Part shown: one piece after another, positions 39,275 through 49,393 of the stretch
Numbering within the stretch: the first letter of the stretch is position 1
How the letters are laid out: every line of letters begins with the position of its first letter
Origin: Acidimicrobiales bacterium
Lineage (GTDB): Bacteria > Actinomycetota > Acidimicrobiia > Acidimicrobiales > SZUA-35
Assembly (NCBI GenBank): GCA_028285495.1
Contig: JANQPB010000022.1
Location: 1,969 to 65,968 of the forward strand
Reading direction: 5' to 3'
DNA: 64,000 bases
Translations under genes and position numbers: made by a program
The notes under the pieces: generated by a model
Told to the model about the DNA's origin: nothing
Seen by the model: the letters and a program-made list of their open reading frames with translations, nothing else
Database searches by the model: none

Positions 39275-39797
39275 CCGAGCGGCGGCCGTCGCCGCCGCGC
39301 TGGCTGCCGCGCTCGGCCTGCTCGGCGGCTGCCGGTCGACACCGGGGCGCGATCTCGGGCCCGACCGGGCCGTCGTGGTCGATGTCGTCGACGGCGACAC
39401 CGTCGAGCTGGCGATCGGCGGCCACCACGAGCGGGTCCGACTCCTCGGGATCGACGCGCCCGAGTCGGTCCATCCCAGCCTGCCGGTCCAGTGCTTCGGG
39501 CCCGAAGCGGCGGCCCGCCTGGCCACGCTGCTTCCGGCCGGCTCGGTTGTCCGGATCGAGCGAGACGTCGAGGCCCGCGACCGCTACGACCGACTGTTGC
39601 TGTACCTCTACCGGGCGGACGACGGGCTCTTCGTCAACGGCTGGCTGGTCGCCAACGGGCTGGCCGACACCTCCTTCTACGACCCCAACACGGCCCTGGC
39701 CCCCGAGCTGACCCTGAGCCGCGACCGGGCCAGGGCCGACGCCGTCGGGCTGTGGGGCCGCTGCGACGGGCCCGACCAGCCGCTCGATCCCCCCTGA
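39228..39797 (+). CDS. Thermonuclease (staphylococcal nuclease-like) lipoprotein
   Basis: Lipobox LLGGC. SNase motifs are VVDGDTVEL, VRLLGIDAPE and DRYDRLLLYLY. The only ATG/GTG starts are GTG 39228 and 39234, which overlap the thiolase 3' end. Confidence 0.8.
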   Translation: MAVAWEPERSSNDSRSRAAAVAAALAAALGLLGGCRSTPGRDLGPDRAVVVDVVDGDTVELAIGGHHERVRLLGIDAPESVHPSLPVQCFGPEAAARLATLLPAGSVVRIERDVEARDRYDRLLLYLYRADDGLFVNGWLVANGLADTSFYDPNTALAPELTLSRDRARADAVGLWGRCDGPDQPLDPP

Positions 39798-39808
39798 CCG
39801 GGTGAGCG

Positions 39809-42379
39809 GTGGGAGAGGCCTCCGGCCGGTGCAGGATGGAGCCGATGCCAACCGCCCCCGACACCGCCCTTCCCATCGAGGCCGTGGTCCCCGACGTGGC
39901 CGACGCCCTGGCCGGGACCGGGCTGTGCGTGCTGACCGCCGAGCCCGGGGCCGGCAAGACCACCGTGGTCCCCCTCCGGCTGCTCGGCTCCGACTGGCTC
40001 GGTGACCACCGGATCCTGGTGCTCGAGCCCCGTCGGGTGGCGGCCCGAGCGGTGGCCCGCCGCATGGCCGAGCTGCTCGGTGAACCCGTCGGGGCCACCG
40101 TGGGGTGGCGAACCCGGGACGACCGCCGGATCGGGCCCGGGACCCGCATCGAGGTCGTGACCGAGGGCATCCTCACCCGCCGGATCCAACACGACCCCGA
40201 GCTCGGCGGTGTCGGCGCCGTGCTGTTCGACGAGTTCCACGAGCGCAGCATCCACGCCGACCTCGGTCTGGCGCTGGCCATCGAGGCCCGGGAGGCCCTG
40301 CGACCCGACCTGCGGCTGCTGGTGATGTCGGCCACGATCGACGCCTCGGCGGTGGCCACGCTGCTCGGCGGTGACGAACCGGCACCGGTCGTCGAGTGCC
40401 CGGGCCGGACCCATCCGGTCGACATCGTCTGGCGGCCGATGCAGCGCCGCCAGCGGGTCGATGACGCCGCCGCCGATGCGGTGGCCTGGGCGCTGGCCAC
40501 GCCGCTCGACCGGACGGCCGGCGCAGCCGCCGGGGCCGGCGGTGACGGCGACGTGCTGGCCTTCCTGCCGGGGATGGGCGAGATCCGCCGGACGATCGAG
40601 CGGCTGGAGGGTCGGGTCGACGCCGAGGTCCTCCCGCTCTACGGCGCCCTCGACGCCCGGGAGCAGGACGCCGCCCTGCGAGCCGTTCCGGGTCGACGGC
40701 GGGTGGTCGTGGCCACCGACGTGGCCGAGACGTCGCTGACGGTCGACGGCGTCACCACCGTGGTCGACGCCGGCCTGGCCCGGCGCCCCCGCTACGACCC
40801 GGCCACCGGCCTGTCCCGCCTGGTCACCGTGTCCAACTCGAAGTCATCGGCCGACCAGCGGGCCGGTCGGGCCGGTCGGCTCCGCCCTGGCCGGGCCGTC
40901 CGTCTGTGGTCGAAGGTCGAGCACGCCGCCCGCCCCCGCCACGACAAGCCCGAGATCCTCGACACCGACCTGGCCCCGCTTCTGTTGGAGTCGCTGGCCT
41001 GGGGCGTCCCCGATCCCCGCACGCTCCGGTTGCTCGACCCCCCGAGCGACGCCGCCGTGGCCGAGGCCGCCGAGGTGTTGGCGTTGATCGAGGCGGTCGA
41101 CGACGACGGCCGTATCACCGACGCCGGCCGCCGCATGCTGACCCTGCCGGTCCACCCCCGGCTGGCGGCCATGCTCGACGGCGTCGGCACGGGGCCCCTG
41201 GCCTGGCCGGCGGCCATTCTGGCCGCGCTGTTGACCGAGCGCGACGTGATCGGCGGCCGGCCGGCCGAGCGCCCGTCCGATCTGTGGCCCCGGGTCCAGC
41301 TGGTCGCCGACCGGGACCACCGGCTTCCCGACACCGACATCGGCGCCCTTCGCGGCGTCCGCCGCCGGGCCGACGAGCTGCTCGGCCGGGTCGGGGGCGA
41401 CCGGACGCAGGTGCATCCCGGCGACCTCGGCCGCACGCTCGCCCTCGCCTACCCCGATCGGCTGGCCCAGCGCCGCCGAGGCCAGGGCGGCCGCTTCCGG
41501 CTTCGCAACGGCATGGGCGGCGAGATCGACCGCAGCGACGCCCTGGCCGGCGAGGACATGCTCGTCGTCGCCGACCTGCAGGGCCCCAAGCGCCGGGTCC
41601 GGATCGCCAGGGCCGCGGCCATCGACCCGATCGACGTCGAGCTCGGCTTCGCATCCGAGGTGGCCGAGCGCTCGTTCCTCACGTGGGACGAGGAGCGCAA
41701 CGACCTCCGCCTCCGAGTCGAGCGACGGCTCGGCTCGCTCGATTTCGGCACCGTCGACCAACCGGTCGAACCGTCCGACGACGTCACCGCCGCCCTCGTC
41801 GACCGGATCGCCGAGACCGGGCTCGCCGTGCTGCCGTGGACCGACCGGACCCGGCAGCTCCAGGCCAGGGCCGCCGTCGTCGACGAGCACCGTCCGGGGG
41901 CGCTCGAACCAGCCGACGGTCCGATCGACGACGCCAGCCTCCTGGCCGATGCACCGGCGATCTTCGGGCCGTGGCTCCCCGGGGCAACCGGCCGGGCCGA
42001 CCTCGACACCTTCGACCTGCTCGGGTTGCTGCGGGCCCGTCTCGGTGCGGCAGCGCTGGCGACGCTCGACCGCATGGCACCCGAGCGGATCGAGCTCCCG
42101 AACGGCCGACAGGCCACGATCGACTACGGCGCCGAGACGCCACGCATCTCGGTCCGGGCCCAGGCGGTCTACGGGTTGCCGACCACGCCGACGCTGCTCG
42201 ACGGCTCGCTGCCCCTGACCGTCGAGCTGCTGTCGCCGGCCGACCGTCCGATCCAGGTCACGGCCGACCTGGCCGGGTTCTGGACGGGATCGTGGGCCGA
42301 GGTCCGCAAGGAGATGGCCGGACGGTACCCGAAGCACCACTGGCCGGCCGACCCGACGGCGAGCGGCCCGCCGGCCTGA
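39809..42379 (+). CDS. hrpB: ATP-dependent RNA helicase HrpB (DEAH-box)
   Basis: 856 aa with AEPGAGKTT, DEFHER, MSAT and the C-terminal HrpB-specific region ending YPKHHWPADP. Alternative ATG starts lie at 39836 and 39845. Confidence 0.9.
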   Translation: MGEASGRCRMEPMPTAPDTALPIEAVVPDVADALAGTGLCVLTAEPGAGKTTVVPLRLLGSDWLGDHRILVLEPRRVAARAVARRMAELLGEPVGATVGWRTRDDRRIGPGTRIEVVTEGILTRRIQHDPELGGVGAVLFDEFHERSIHADLGLALAIEAREALRPDLRLLVMSATIDASAVATLLGGDEPAPVVECPGRTHPVDIVWRPMQRRQRVDDAAADAVAWALATPLDRTAGAAAGAGGDGDVLAFLPGMGEIRRTIERLEGRVDAEVLPLYGALDAREQDAALRAVPGRRRVVVATDVAETSLTVDGVTTVVDAGLARRPRYDPATGLSRLVTVSNSKSSADQRAGRAGRLRPGRAVRLWSKVEHAARPRHDKPEILDTDLAPLLLESLAWGVPDPRTLRLLDPPSDAAVAEAAEVLALIEAVDDDGRITDAGRRMLTLPVHPRLAAMLDGVGTGPLAWPAAILAALLTERDVIGGRPAERPSDLWPRVQLVADRDHRLPDTDIGALRGVRRRADELLGRVGGDRTQVHPGDLGRTLALAYPDRLAQRRRGQGGRFRLRNGMGGEIDRSDALAGEDMLVVADLQGPKRRVRIARAAAIDPIDVELGFASEVAERSFLTWDEERNDLRLRVERRLGSLDFGTVDQPVEPSDDVTAALVDRIAETGLAVLPWTDRTRQLQARAAVVDEHRPGALEPADGPIDDASLLADAPAIFGPWLPGATGRADLDTFDLLGLLRARLGAAALATLDRMAPERIELPNGRQATIDYGAETPRISVRAQAVYGLPTTPTLLDGSLPLTVELLSPADRPIQVTADLAGFWTGSWAEVRKEMAGRYPKHHWPADPTASGPPA

Positions 42380-42440
42380 GCCGGCGACCCGGCTCCCCCG
42401 TTTGGCGTCGACCGGCGGCCCCTCGGGATAGCGTCGAGGG

Positions 42441-43286
42441 GTGACCGCGCTGCTGGAACTGCTCGGCCGTCGCCCCGAGGACCGGCTGGTGATCCTGACC
42501 TGCGAGGGCCTTGGCTCGTTCAACGCCGCCAACCTCGGCATCGAGGCGGCCCTCGGCACCGGCGTGGCCACCTCGGCTGCGCTCCAGGTGCCCTGCCCGT
42601 GGTCCCGGGGGGCCGCCCGCAACCACCGGGGCCACGACGTCGGCGTCTCCCTGACCCTCAACGCGGAGCACGACTGCTTCCGGTGGGGGCCCATCACCCG
42701 GGCACCGTCGCTGCTCGACGGCGACGGCGGGTTCCCCCGAACGGCCGACGACCTCGGCGAGCACGCCGACGTCGACGAGGTCCGTCGCGAGTGCCGGGCC
42801 CAGATCGAGCGGGCCATCCTGTGGGGCTTCGACCCGTCGCACCTGACGTCACACCTCGACGCCCTCTGCCGCCGGCCCGAGCTCTTCGACGTCTACCTCG
42901 ACCTGGCGGTCGACTTCGGCCTGCCGATCAGCCTGCCGGACCCGTCGGTCGATCTCGGGTTCCCGGCCAGGAAGCTAGCGGCGGAGGAGGGCATCCTGGC
43001 TCCCGACCGGGTGGTGGCCGCACCCCGCCACCGCAGCTCGCAGCCGACCGTCGATCAGGCCATGCGCAACCTGCCCCCCGGGGTCACCGAGGTCCGGGTC
43101 CGGCCGGCGGCCGACACCCCGGAGGCCCGGGCCGTGACCGACGACTGGGCGGCGATGGTCGGTGACGCCCACCTGGTCACCCACGACTGGGCCTTCCGGG
43201 CTGCGCTCCAGCGCTCGGGGGCCGAGCTGATCGGGTTCCGGGAGCTCCGCCGGGCGCAGCGGCGGTCGGCCGGGCCGGCGGACTGA
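42441..43286 (+). CDS. ChbG/HpnK (YdjC-like) family carbohydrate deacetylase
   Basis: 281 aa with a GTG start. LVILTCEGLG, GVSLTLN and SHLTSHLD resemble the YdjC family layout. Confidence 0.65.
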   Translation: MTALLELLGRRPEDRLVILTCEGLGSFNAANLGIEAALGTGVATSAALQVPCPWSRGAARNHRGHDVGVSLTLNAEHDCFRWGPITRAPSLLDGDGGFPRTADDLGEHADVDEVRRECRAQIERAILWGFDPSHLTSHLDALCRRPELFDVYLDLAVDFGLPISLPDPSVDLGFPARKLAAEEGILAPDRVVAAPRHRSSQPTVDQAMRNLPPGVTEVRVRPAADTPEARAVTDDWAAMVGDAHLVTHDWAFRAALQRSGAELIGFRELRRAQRRSAGPAD

Positions 43287-43346
43287 GGCCGGTCGGCCGG
43301 GCCGGCGGGCGGCGGCCGAACCACGAGTCGGCGATGGCCCGGCCGC

Positions 43347-43697
43347 TCAGGCGGACAGGTTGGCCCGGAATCCCTCGTCGTCGAACAGGGCCAGCATCGG
43401 CAGCAGCGCGCCGGTGGAGCCGACCGGCTTCAGGTCGCCCCGCATGTAGGCCTGCGTCATCGAGTCGGACCCGGCCACGAAGTCGTCGAGCTGGGCCGCC
43501 GTCACCGGGATGCTGACATCGGGCTGGCGGTCGTCGTCGACCGACCCGACGACGCGGCCGTCGACCACGTCGACCACGGCCCGCTCGGTCTTGCCGATGG
43601 TGACCTCGACGGCGGCCGACCGGGGCATCGGCCGCTCGACGGCCCCGCTGGCCTCGGTGAGGGCGGCGACGAAGGCCTCGTCGAGGGTGGCCATCAC
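43347..43697 (-). CDS. SCP2 sterol-binding domain protein
   Basis: 116 aa. The start overlaps the mca stop by 4 nt. QAYMRGDLKPVGSTGALLPMLALF is typical of SCP2. Confidence 0.75.
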   Translation of the reverse strand: MMATLDEAFVAALTEASGAVERPMPRSAAVEVTIGKTERAVVDVVDGRVVGSVDDDRQPDVSIPVTAAQLDDFVAGSDSMTQAYMRGDLKPVGSTGALLPMLALFDDEGFRANLSA

Positions 43698-44644
43698 GAG
43701 GGCTCCCGGACGGCGACGACCGGATCGGCGGCCGCAGCGGGGTCGACGCCGCCCGGCGTCGTCGCCGCCTCGCCATCCCGGGCGGCGTCATCCCCGGTGG
43801 CCGCGATCCCGGCGAACAGATCGCTCTCGGGCAGGTCGGTGTCGACCAGCGACCTGGCGAGGATGTAGTCCTCGTAGGGGTAGGCGGCGGCTGCGTCCTG
43901 GTCCGGCAGGCCGAACCAGAACTTCTCGTCGGGGTCGACCTGGGTTGCGTGGGCCAGCAGCGCCGCCCGTCGGACGCCGTACCACCGGCCGATGTCGACC
44001 TTCGTCGTCACCCGGTGGTCCTGTGACGGCCGCTCGAACCAGCGATCGTCGTAGGGCGACTCGAGGCCGAGCTCGATGAACTTCTCGTGGTGGGCGATCA
44101 GCCTGGCCCGGCTCCACGTCGAGTAGTAGAGCTTCTCGGGCTGCCAGACCGGGCCGGCGTCCGGATACCACGCCTCGTCACCGGCCCGCTCGAAGGCCAG
44201 GACGCTGATGTCGTGCACCCGGAGGTGGTCGGGGTGCTGATAGCCCTGCTGGTCGTCCGAGTAGGTGACGATCACGTTCGGCCGGAACCGGCGGACGATG
44301 GCAACCAGCCGACCCGTCGCCTCGTCGAGGTCGGCCATGGCGAAGCAGTCGGGGTGGGTGTTGGCCTCGCTGTCGGGCATGCCCGAGTCGCGGTAGCCGA
44401 GCCAGTCGAGCTCGTGGTAGCCGATGGCCTCGACCGAGGCCTCCAGCTCGCGGGCCCGGATGGCCGGCAGGTCGGCCCGAACCTGATCGTTGTCGAGCGC
44501 CTTGTTGAGGATGTCGCCCTCCTCGCCCCCGGTGGCGCAGACCAGGCGGGCCCGGTGGCCCTCGGCCACGTAGCGGGCCACCGTCGGGGCTCCCTTGGAG
44601 GCCTCGTCATCGGGATGGGCGTGAACACAGAGCAGGCGGGCCAT
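43694..44644 (-). CDS. mca: Mycothiol S-conjugate amidase Mca (LmbE/PIG-L family)
   Basis: 316 aa. MARLLCVHAHPDDEA...YSDDQQGYQHPDHLRVH...AHATQVDP closely parallels mycobacterial Mca as I recall it. A MshB-type paralogue cannot be excluded. Confidence 0.85.
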   Translation of the reverse strand: MARLLCVHAHPDDEASKGAPTVARYVAEGHRARLVCATGGEEGDILNKALDNDQVRADLPAIRARELEASVEAIGYHELDWLGYRDSGMPDSEANTHPDCFAMADLDEATGRLVAIVRRFRPNVIVTYSDDQQGYQHPDHLRVHDISVLAFERAGDEAWYPDAGPVWQPEKLYYSTWSRARLIAHHEKFIELGLESPYDDRWFERPSQDHRVTTKVDIGRWYGVRRAALLAHATQVDPDEKFWFGLPDQDAAAAYPYEDYILARSLVDTDLPESDLFAGIAATGDDAARDGEAATTPGGVDPAAAADPVVAVREPS

Positions 44645-44798
44645 CGGTTCAACCTACCGGCGACGTCATGGTCGTAACGAGCCGGCCGCTGGAACCAGCC
44701 CGAGGCCCGCGACGTTAGTAGTGTCAGAGACAGGCAAAGACACCCAGCTCGCCCCGACCGGCGCCTCCGGAGGGGCCAGACAGAAAGGCATCAACACG

Positions 44799-45269
44799 AT
44801 GACCCAGTCCGCGATCTGGGCTGCGATCTGGCTGGCAGCCGCCGCCACCTTTGGTATCGGGGAGATCCTCATCGCCGGATCGTTCTTCCTGATGCCCTTC
44901 GCCGTCGGAGCCCTGGCCGCCGCCGTCTCGTCCCTGCTCGGCTCGGTCCTGCTCAGCTGGCTCGTCTTCCTGGTCGTCTCGGTGGCCTCGTTCTTCGCCA
45001 TGCGACCGCTGGCCAGACGGCTCGAGTCGAGGGCGCCGAGCGTCGCCGGCATCGGCGCCAACCGCCTGGTCGGAGCCGAGGGCGTCGTCCTGGCCCCCAT
45101 CTCCCCGACCCCGGGCGACGCCGGCCTGGTCAAGGTCGGCTCCGAGGAGTGGCGGGCCGACACCCGTCCCGGCGTCTCGCTGACGGCCGGCTCCAAGGTC
45201 CGGATCATCGAGATCCAGGGAACCCGGCTCCTGGTGGAGCCGACCGGCATCGACGACGTCATCGACTGA
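44799..45269 (+). CDS. NfeD family membrane protein
   Basis: ATG 44799 (MTQSAIWAAIWLAAAATFGIGEILIAG) lies within ORF 44721..45269. TM helices are followed by the OB-like C-terminus GLVKVGSEEWRADT...VRIIEIQGTRLLVEP. It sits upstream of the SPFH gene. Confidence 0.82.
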   Translation: MTQSAIWAAIWLAAAATFGIGEILIAGSFFLMPFAVGALAAAVSSLLGSVLLSWLVFLVVSVASFFAMRPLARRLESRAPSVAGIGANRLVGAEGVVLAPISPTPGDAGLVKVGSEEWRADTRPGVSLTAGSKVRIIEIQGTRLLVEPTGIDDVID

Positions 45270-45389
45270 ATCCGAGCGGCATTCGAGCCGATTCCTGTCC
45301 GAGACCCGCTCGTCGACGACCGACCAGACCTCCGGCAACCAACCGAAGCCAACATCCAGCGTCACCCACCACAGGAGGAATCACCCCAC

Positions 45390-46544
45390 ATGGAGACCAT
45401 TGCAGGACTCTTGATCTTCGTCGTCCTGGCCTTCACCGTCGTCTACGTCGCCATGGGCGTGCGGATCGTTCGCCCGTACCAGCGAGGCGTCGTCGAGCAG
45501 CTCGGACGCTACAAGGAGACGGTCGACCCCGGTCTCCGCATCATCAAGCCCGTGATCGAGCGTCTCCGGGCGGTCGACATGCGGGAGCAGGTGATCGACG
45601 TCCCACCCCAGGAGGTCATCACCGAGGACAACGTGGCGGTCTCGGTCGACGCCGTCATCTACTTCGAGCCGACCGATCCCCAGCGGCTCCTCTACAACAT
45701 CTCGAACTTCGTGCTGGCCGTGACCAAGCTGGCCCAGACCAACCTGCGGAACGTGATCGGCGAGATGAGCCTCGACGAGGCCTTCACCTCCCGTGAGCGG
45801 GTCAACGCCGCCCTCCGGCAGATCCTCGACGACGCCACCGACAAGTGGGGCGTGCGGGTGGTCCGGGTCGAGATCCAGCGGATCGACCCGCCGGCCGACG
45901 TCATGCACGCCATGCACGAGCAGATGAAGGCCGAGCGCAGCCGGCGGGCCATGGTCACCGAGGCCGAGGGCACCAAGGAGGCCCAGATCCGTCGGGCCGA
46001 GGGTGAGAAGCAGTCCGCCATCCTCACCGCCGAGGGCATGCGGCAGCGGGAGATCCTGGTGGCCGAGGGTGAGGCCCAGGCCGTGCGGACCCGGGCCGAG
46101 GCCGAGCAGTACCGCCAGGAGGTCGTGGCCATGGGTGAGGCCGAGGCCGTCCGCAACGTCTACGGCGCCATCCACGACGCCGGCACCGACGACCGGGTCA
46201 TCGCCATCAAGTACCTGGAGACGCTGGAGGCGATGGCCGACGGCAACGCCACCAAGATCTTCGTGCCGACCGACATGGGCGCCACGCTGAGCGCCATCGG
46301 CGGCATCGGGGAGATGCTCAAGGACGGCGAGTTCCCGGCCCCGAGGACCAACGGCGGCAACGGCACGGGCGAGCGGCGGCCGTCTGCGGCCGTCGAGGCT
46401 CAGCGCCGGGCCTCCGAGGAGGCCAGGCAGGCGGCCGAGCGGGCCCGGCTGGAGGCCGAGGCCAGCGCTGCGGCGCTGGTCGAGGAGTTGCCTCCGCCGA
46501 TCCCGCCGGGTGAGTTCCCGCCACCGGCCCTGCCGCCGAGCTGA
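45390..46544 (+). CDS. SPFH/band-7 (stomatin-like) protein
   Basis: 384 aa with the RBS AGGAGG. The sequence reads [29 protein letters not shown]...[14 protein letters not shown]...[16 protein letters not shown]. Confidence 0.9.
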   Translation: METIAGLLIFVVLAFTVVYVAMGVRIVRPYQRGVVEQLGRYKETVDPGLRIIKPVIERLRAVDMREQVIDVPPQEVITEDNVAVSVDAVIYFEPTDPQRLLYNISNFVLAVTKLAQTNLRNVIGEMSLDEAFTSRERVNAALRQILDDATDKWGVRVVRVEIQRIDPPADVMHAMHEQMKAERSRRAMVTEAEGTKEAQIRRAEGEKQSAILTAEGMRQREILVAEGEAQAVRTRAEAEQYRQEVVAMGEAEAVRNVYGAIHDAGTDDRVIAIKYLETLEAMADGNATKIFVPTDMGATLSAIGGIGEMLKDGEFPAPRTNGGNGTGERRPSAAVEAQRRASEEARQAAERARLEAEASAAALVEELPPPIPPGEFPPPALPPS

Positions 46545-46711
46545 TCACCGCTCGGCCGGTCCGAGCTCCCGATCGCCGGCCCGTCCGGGCATCCCGAGTG
46601 TCGGGACGCCGGGCGGGCCCTCGGCGTTCCGACCGCGGTCGACGCCAGCCGACGTCGTCTCGCCTCGGGCCAGCCGACGGGTCGAGGCTCGTGACGCTTC
46701 GCCGCTGCGGC

Positions 46712-47950
46712 TCAGCCGGCGGTCAGCGGTTCGAGGACGAGCTCGTCCTCCTCGTCGACCAGCAGCCGCCATCCGAACAGCTCGGCCAGGGCGGCCCGGC
46801 CCTCCTCCGGGCCGCTGGCCAGCACGGTGTCGTCGACCCGCAGCTCGACGTGGCGACGGGGTCGGTAGAGGTAGCGGCCGTCCCGCTCGATGGCGAGCAC
46901 GGTGAACCCGGGCTCGATCGGCAGCTCGAGGCCACCGAGCGAGCGGCCGGCCGCCGGGGCCCCGGTGGCGACGGGCAGCCGGACCACGATGTCGTCGGTG
47001 TCGCCGAGCGCCATGTGCAGCACCGGGTGGAGCTCGGACGACTTCTCGACGAGCCACACCATCTGCTGGGCCTGATCCCCGAGGTCCTCGGCCGCCGCAG
47101 CCAGGTGCAGGAGCCCGCGCAGCGGCTTCGGGTCGACCCCGACGCCACCCTGCTGTCCGTCGCCGGCGGCCCGGAGCACCCACAGCTCGAGTCGGATCTT
47201 CATCTCGTCGAGGCGGTCCTCCAGGTGACGGACCTCGGCCGCCAGGCTGCGATCCCGGAACACCAGCGACGAGTAGGCCAGACCGACGGCCACCTCGGAC
47301 AGGTTCTTCATCTCCACGATCGTGTCGACCGCCCGGTCGAGGTCGGTGAGGGCCGACGCCTCCTCGGCCGCCGGTGGCCGGTAGGCCGGCGCGCCGGCCA
47401 GCTCCCGCAGGCGGGTGATGCCCTCGGGGGCGCCACGGAGGAAGAGCACGTCGCCGGGATTGATGATGTCGTCGCCGCCCGGATCGACCAACCAGGTTCG
47501 ACCACGCCGGATGGCCAGCACCCGCATGCCGGTGACGACGGGCAGCTCGAACGAGCCGAGCGGCCGGTTGGCGAAGTGGGAGCCCTCCGCCACCTCGACC
47601 CGGTGCGAGACCTCCTCGGCGTCCATCAGGTCGAGCACCAACTGCCGGGGGATGCCGAGGCGGCGGGTCACGATGCGGGCGATGTCGACCGCGTCGTTGC
47701 CGATCCGCTCGACGGAGCTGATCACCTGCAGCACCGCCGACATGGCCTCGGCCTCGCGGGGGTTGCGGACGGCGACGATGCACAGCGCTCGCATCCGGTG
47801 CACCAGCTCGCTGATCTCGTGCTCGAGCTCGTCGACCTCGTCGGCCATGTCGGCGTCGTCGAAGAACAGCGAGGCGTAGGCCAGGTCGACCATCACCTCG
47901 CTGGTGTCCTTGGCCTCGGCCAACATCTCCCGCAGGGTTCGCGGTTCCAT
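46712..47950 (-). CDS. Regulatory protein with two PhoU-like domains and two TrkA-C (RCK_C) domains
   Basis: 412 aa in two repeats of PhoU-like helices (SEVMVDLAYASLFFDD / SEVAVGLAYSSLVFRD), each followed by a TrkA-C-like segment (GMRVLAIRRGRTWLVDPGGDDIINPGDVLFLRG / FTVLAIERDGRYLYRP...VDDTVLASG). Confidence 0.8.
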   Translation of the reverse strand: MEPRTLREMLAEAKDTSEVMVDLAYASLFFDDADMADEVDELEHEISELVHRMRALCIVAVRNPREAEAMSAVLQVISSVERIGNDAVDIARIVTRRLGIPRQLVLDLMDAEEVSHRVEVAEGSHFANRPLGSFELPVVTGMRVLAIRRGRTWLVDPGGDDIINPGDVLFLRGAPEGITRLRELAGAPAYRPPAAEEASALTDLDRAVDTIVEMKNLSEVAVGLAYSSLVFRDRSLAAEVRHLEDRLDEMKIRLELWVLRAAGDGQQGGVGVDPKPLRGLLHLAAAAEDLGDQAQQMVWLVEKSSELHPVLHMALGDTDDIVVRLPVATGAPAAGRSLGGLELPIEPGFTVLAIERDGRYLYRPRRHVELRVDDTVLASGPEEGRAALAELFGWRLLVDEEDELVLEPLTAG

Positions 47951-47983
47951 CGCTGCGTCAGTCCCTCCGTCGGAGTCCAGTGA

Positions 47984-49330
47984 TCATGCCACGCCCCACA
48001 GCACGAGCGCCCCGATGAGCGTTGCGGCACCGACCAGGTCGAGGCTGGCCGAGACCAGGGGCACGCCGTGGGTGTCTGGGTCCAGCCCGAAGCGGACGGC
48101 GGCGATCGTGCCGTAGTAGGCGACGACGGCCACGAAGGCCGTGGCCACCACCCCGCCGGTGAGGGCAACCGCCAGCAGCGACGGCAGGCCGGGCGAGGTG
48201 CGGTCGGCCAGTGCCCCGAACGAGGCGCCGAGCAGGGCGAGGAAGGCGAAGATCGGCAGGGCGAGGGCCATGGTGATCCGCATGTCGGCCCTGGCCGCGG
48301 CCCGGGGCAACGGGGCCGCCTCGACGAGACCGAGGTGGATCTTGGTCGACAGCCGGTTGGCCAGGATGCCGCCGAGGGCGCCGGCGATCGACAGGTAGCC
48401 CGGCAGCAGCACGATCAGGACCGAGAAGGCGAGGAAGCGGTCGAGCGACCGCTCCAGCACCACGCCGGCGATCAGGCTGAGGGAGCCGGCGACCAGGAGG
48501 ATGGGGACGGCCTCGATCAGGATCCGCCGAGCGGTGGCCAGCGACGAGCGGAGCACCCAGGCGGCCGACGCCACCACCAGCGCGGTGGCGATGCCGGCCA
48601 GGATCCAGGTGGTGGAGCCGCGACCGAGCAGACCGGCGACGGCGACGATGGCCGGGAGGGTGACGAAGTCGCCCGAGGCGGACACGATCGGAGCGACCAC
48701 GTTGTCGAGGTCCCAGTCGAAGCGGGCGGCGGCGATGGCCAGCCCGAGCGTGATGACCAGCACCACCACCGAGGCGATCGTCCCGCCGATCACCGAGACG
48801 ACGACGAAGTCGGCCACCCCGAGCACCGGCTCCGATTGGTCCCGCACCGACAGCACCACCACCTCGGCCACCAGCGACAGCACGAAGGCTGCGACCAACG
48901 AACTGGCCATCGCCCCGATGACGTTCTGGCCGAGCAACGAGTCCCGACGCCACGACCACGAGAGGGTGCCGGTCTGCAGCGCCGTCGACAGGCGGCTGCC
49001 GAGCGGCCCGAACACGTTGCCACGGAGGCCGATGGCGGCCGGGATGAACAGCAGCAACCCCGGGTTGTCCCGCAGCGTGTCGGCGAAGAGGGCGAACGTG
49101 AACCCGGTGACCAGGCTGGCGATGGCCGAGACCGCCAGCGCCCCGAGGCTCTGGCCGGCGTCGCTCGCCGCCGGACCGAGCAGACCACCGAGCGGACGTC
49201 GGACCAACCGGGGGACGGCGAGCCGTCGCCCGAGCCGCCGTCGCTCATCCTCGACCGCCGAGCGGCCGACCAGGCCCCGCAGCCGGGTGAGCCGGAGCCG
49301 GGTGAACACGCGCAACCGGTCGGTGGGCAC
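47984..49330 (-). CDS. Divalent-cation (Mg2+) transporter with two fused MgtE-type transmembrane domains (SLC41-like topology)
   Basis: 448 aa in two internal repeats, ending DWDLDNVVAPIVSASGDFVT and GLDPDTHGVPLVSASLDLVG, the MgtE TM signature. No cytosolic MgtE N/CBS domains are present. Confidence 0.8.
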   Translation of the reverse strand: MPTDRLRVFTRLRLTRLRGLVGRSAVEDERRRLGRRLAVPRLVRRPLGGLLGPAASDAGQSLGALAVSAIASLVTGFTFALFADTLRDNPGLLLFIPAAIGLRGNVFGPLGSRLSTALQTGTLSWSWRRDSLLGQNVIGAMASSLVAAFVLSLVAEVVVLSVRDQSEPVLGVADFVVVSVIGGTIASVVVLVITLGLAIAAARFDWDLDNVVAPIVSASGDFVTLPAIVAVAGLLGRGSTTWILAGIATALVVASAAWVLRSSLATARRILIEAVPILLVAGSLSLIAGVVLERSLDRFLAFSVLIVLLPGYLSIAGALGGILANRLSTKIHLGLVEAAPLPRAAARADMRITMALALPIFAFLALLGASFGALADRTSPGLPSLLAVALTGGVVATAFVAVVAYYGTIAAVRFGLDPDTHGVPLVSASLDLVGAATLIGALVLWGVA

Positions 49331-49393
49331 GGGGCAACGCTACCGGATGGGTCGCCGACCCCGGGGCGTGCCCGGCCGCTACCCTCCACAGGC

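Noticed and set aside
37664-39526. N-terminal 620 aa of the listed 1139-aa ORF 36107..39526
   Set aside because: Only the C-terminal 518 aa (from MVASEPRTG at 37663) are an MFS transporter. The upstream part is antisense to the thiolase gene and crosses an intergenic region.
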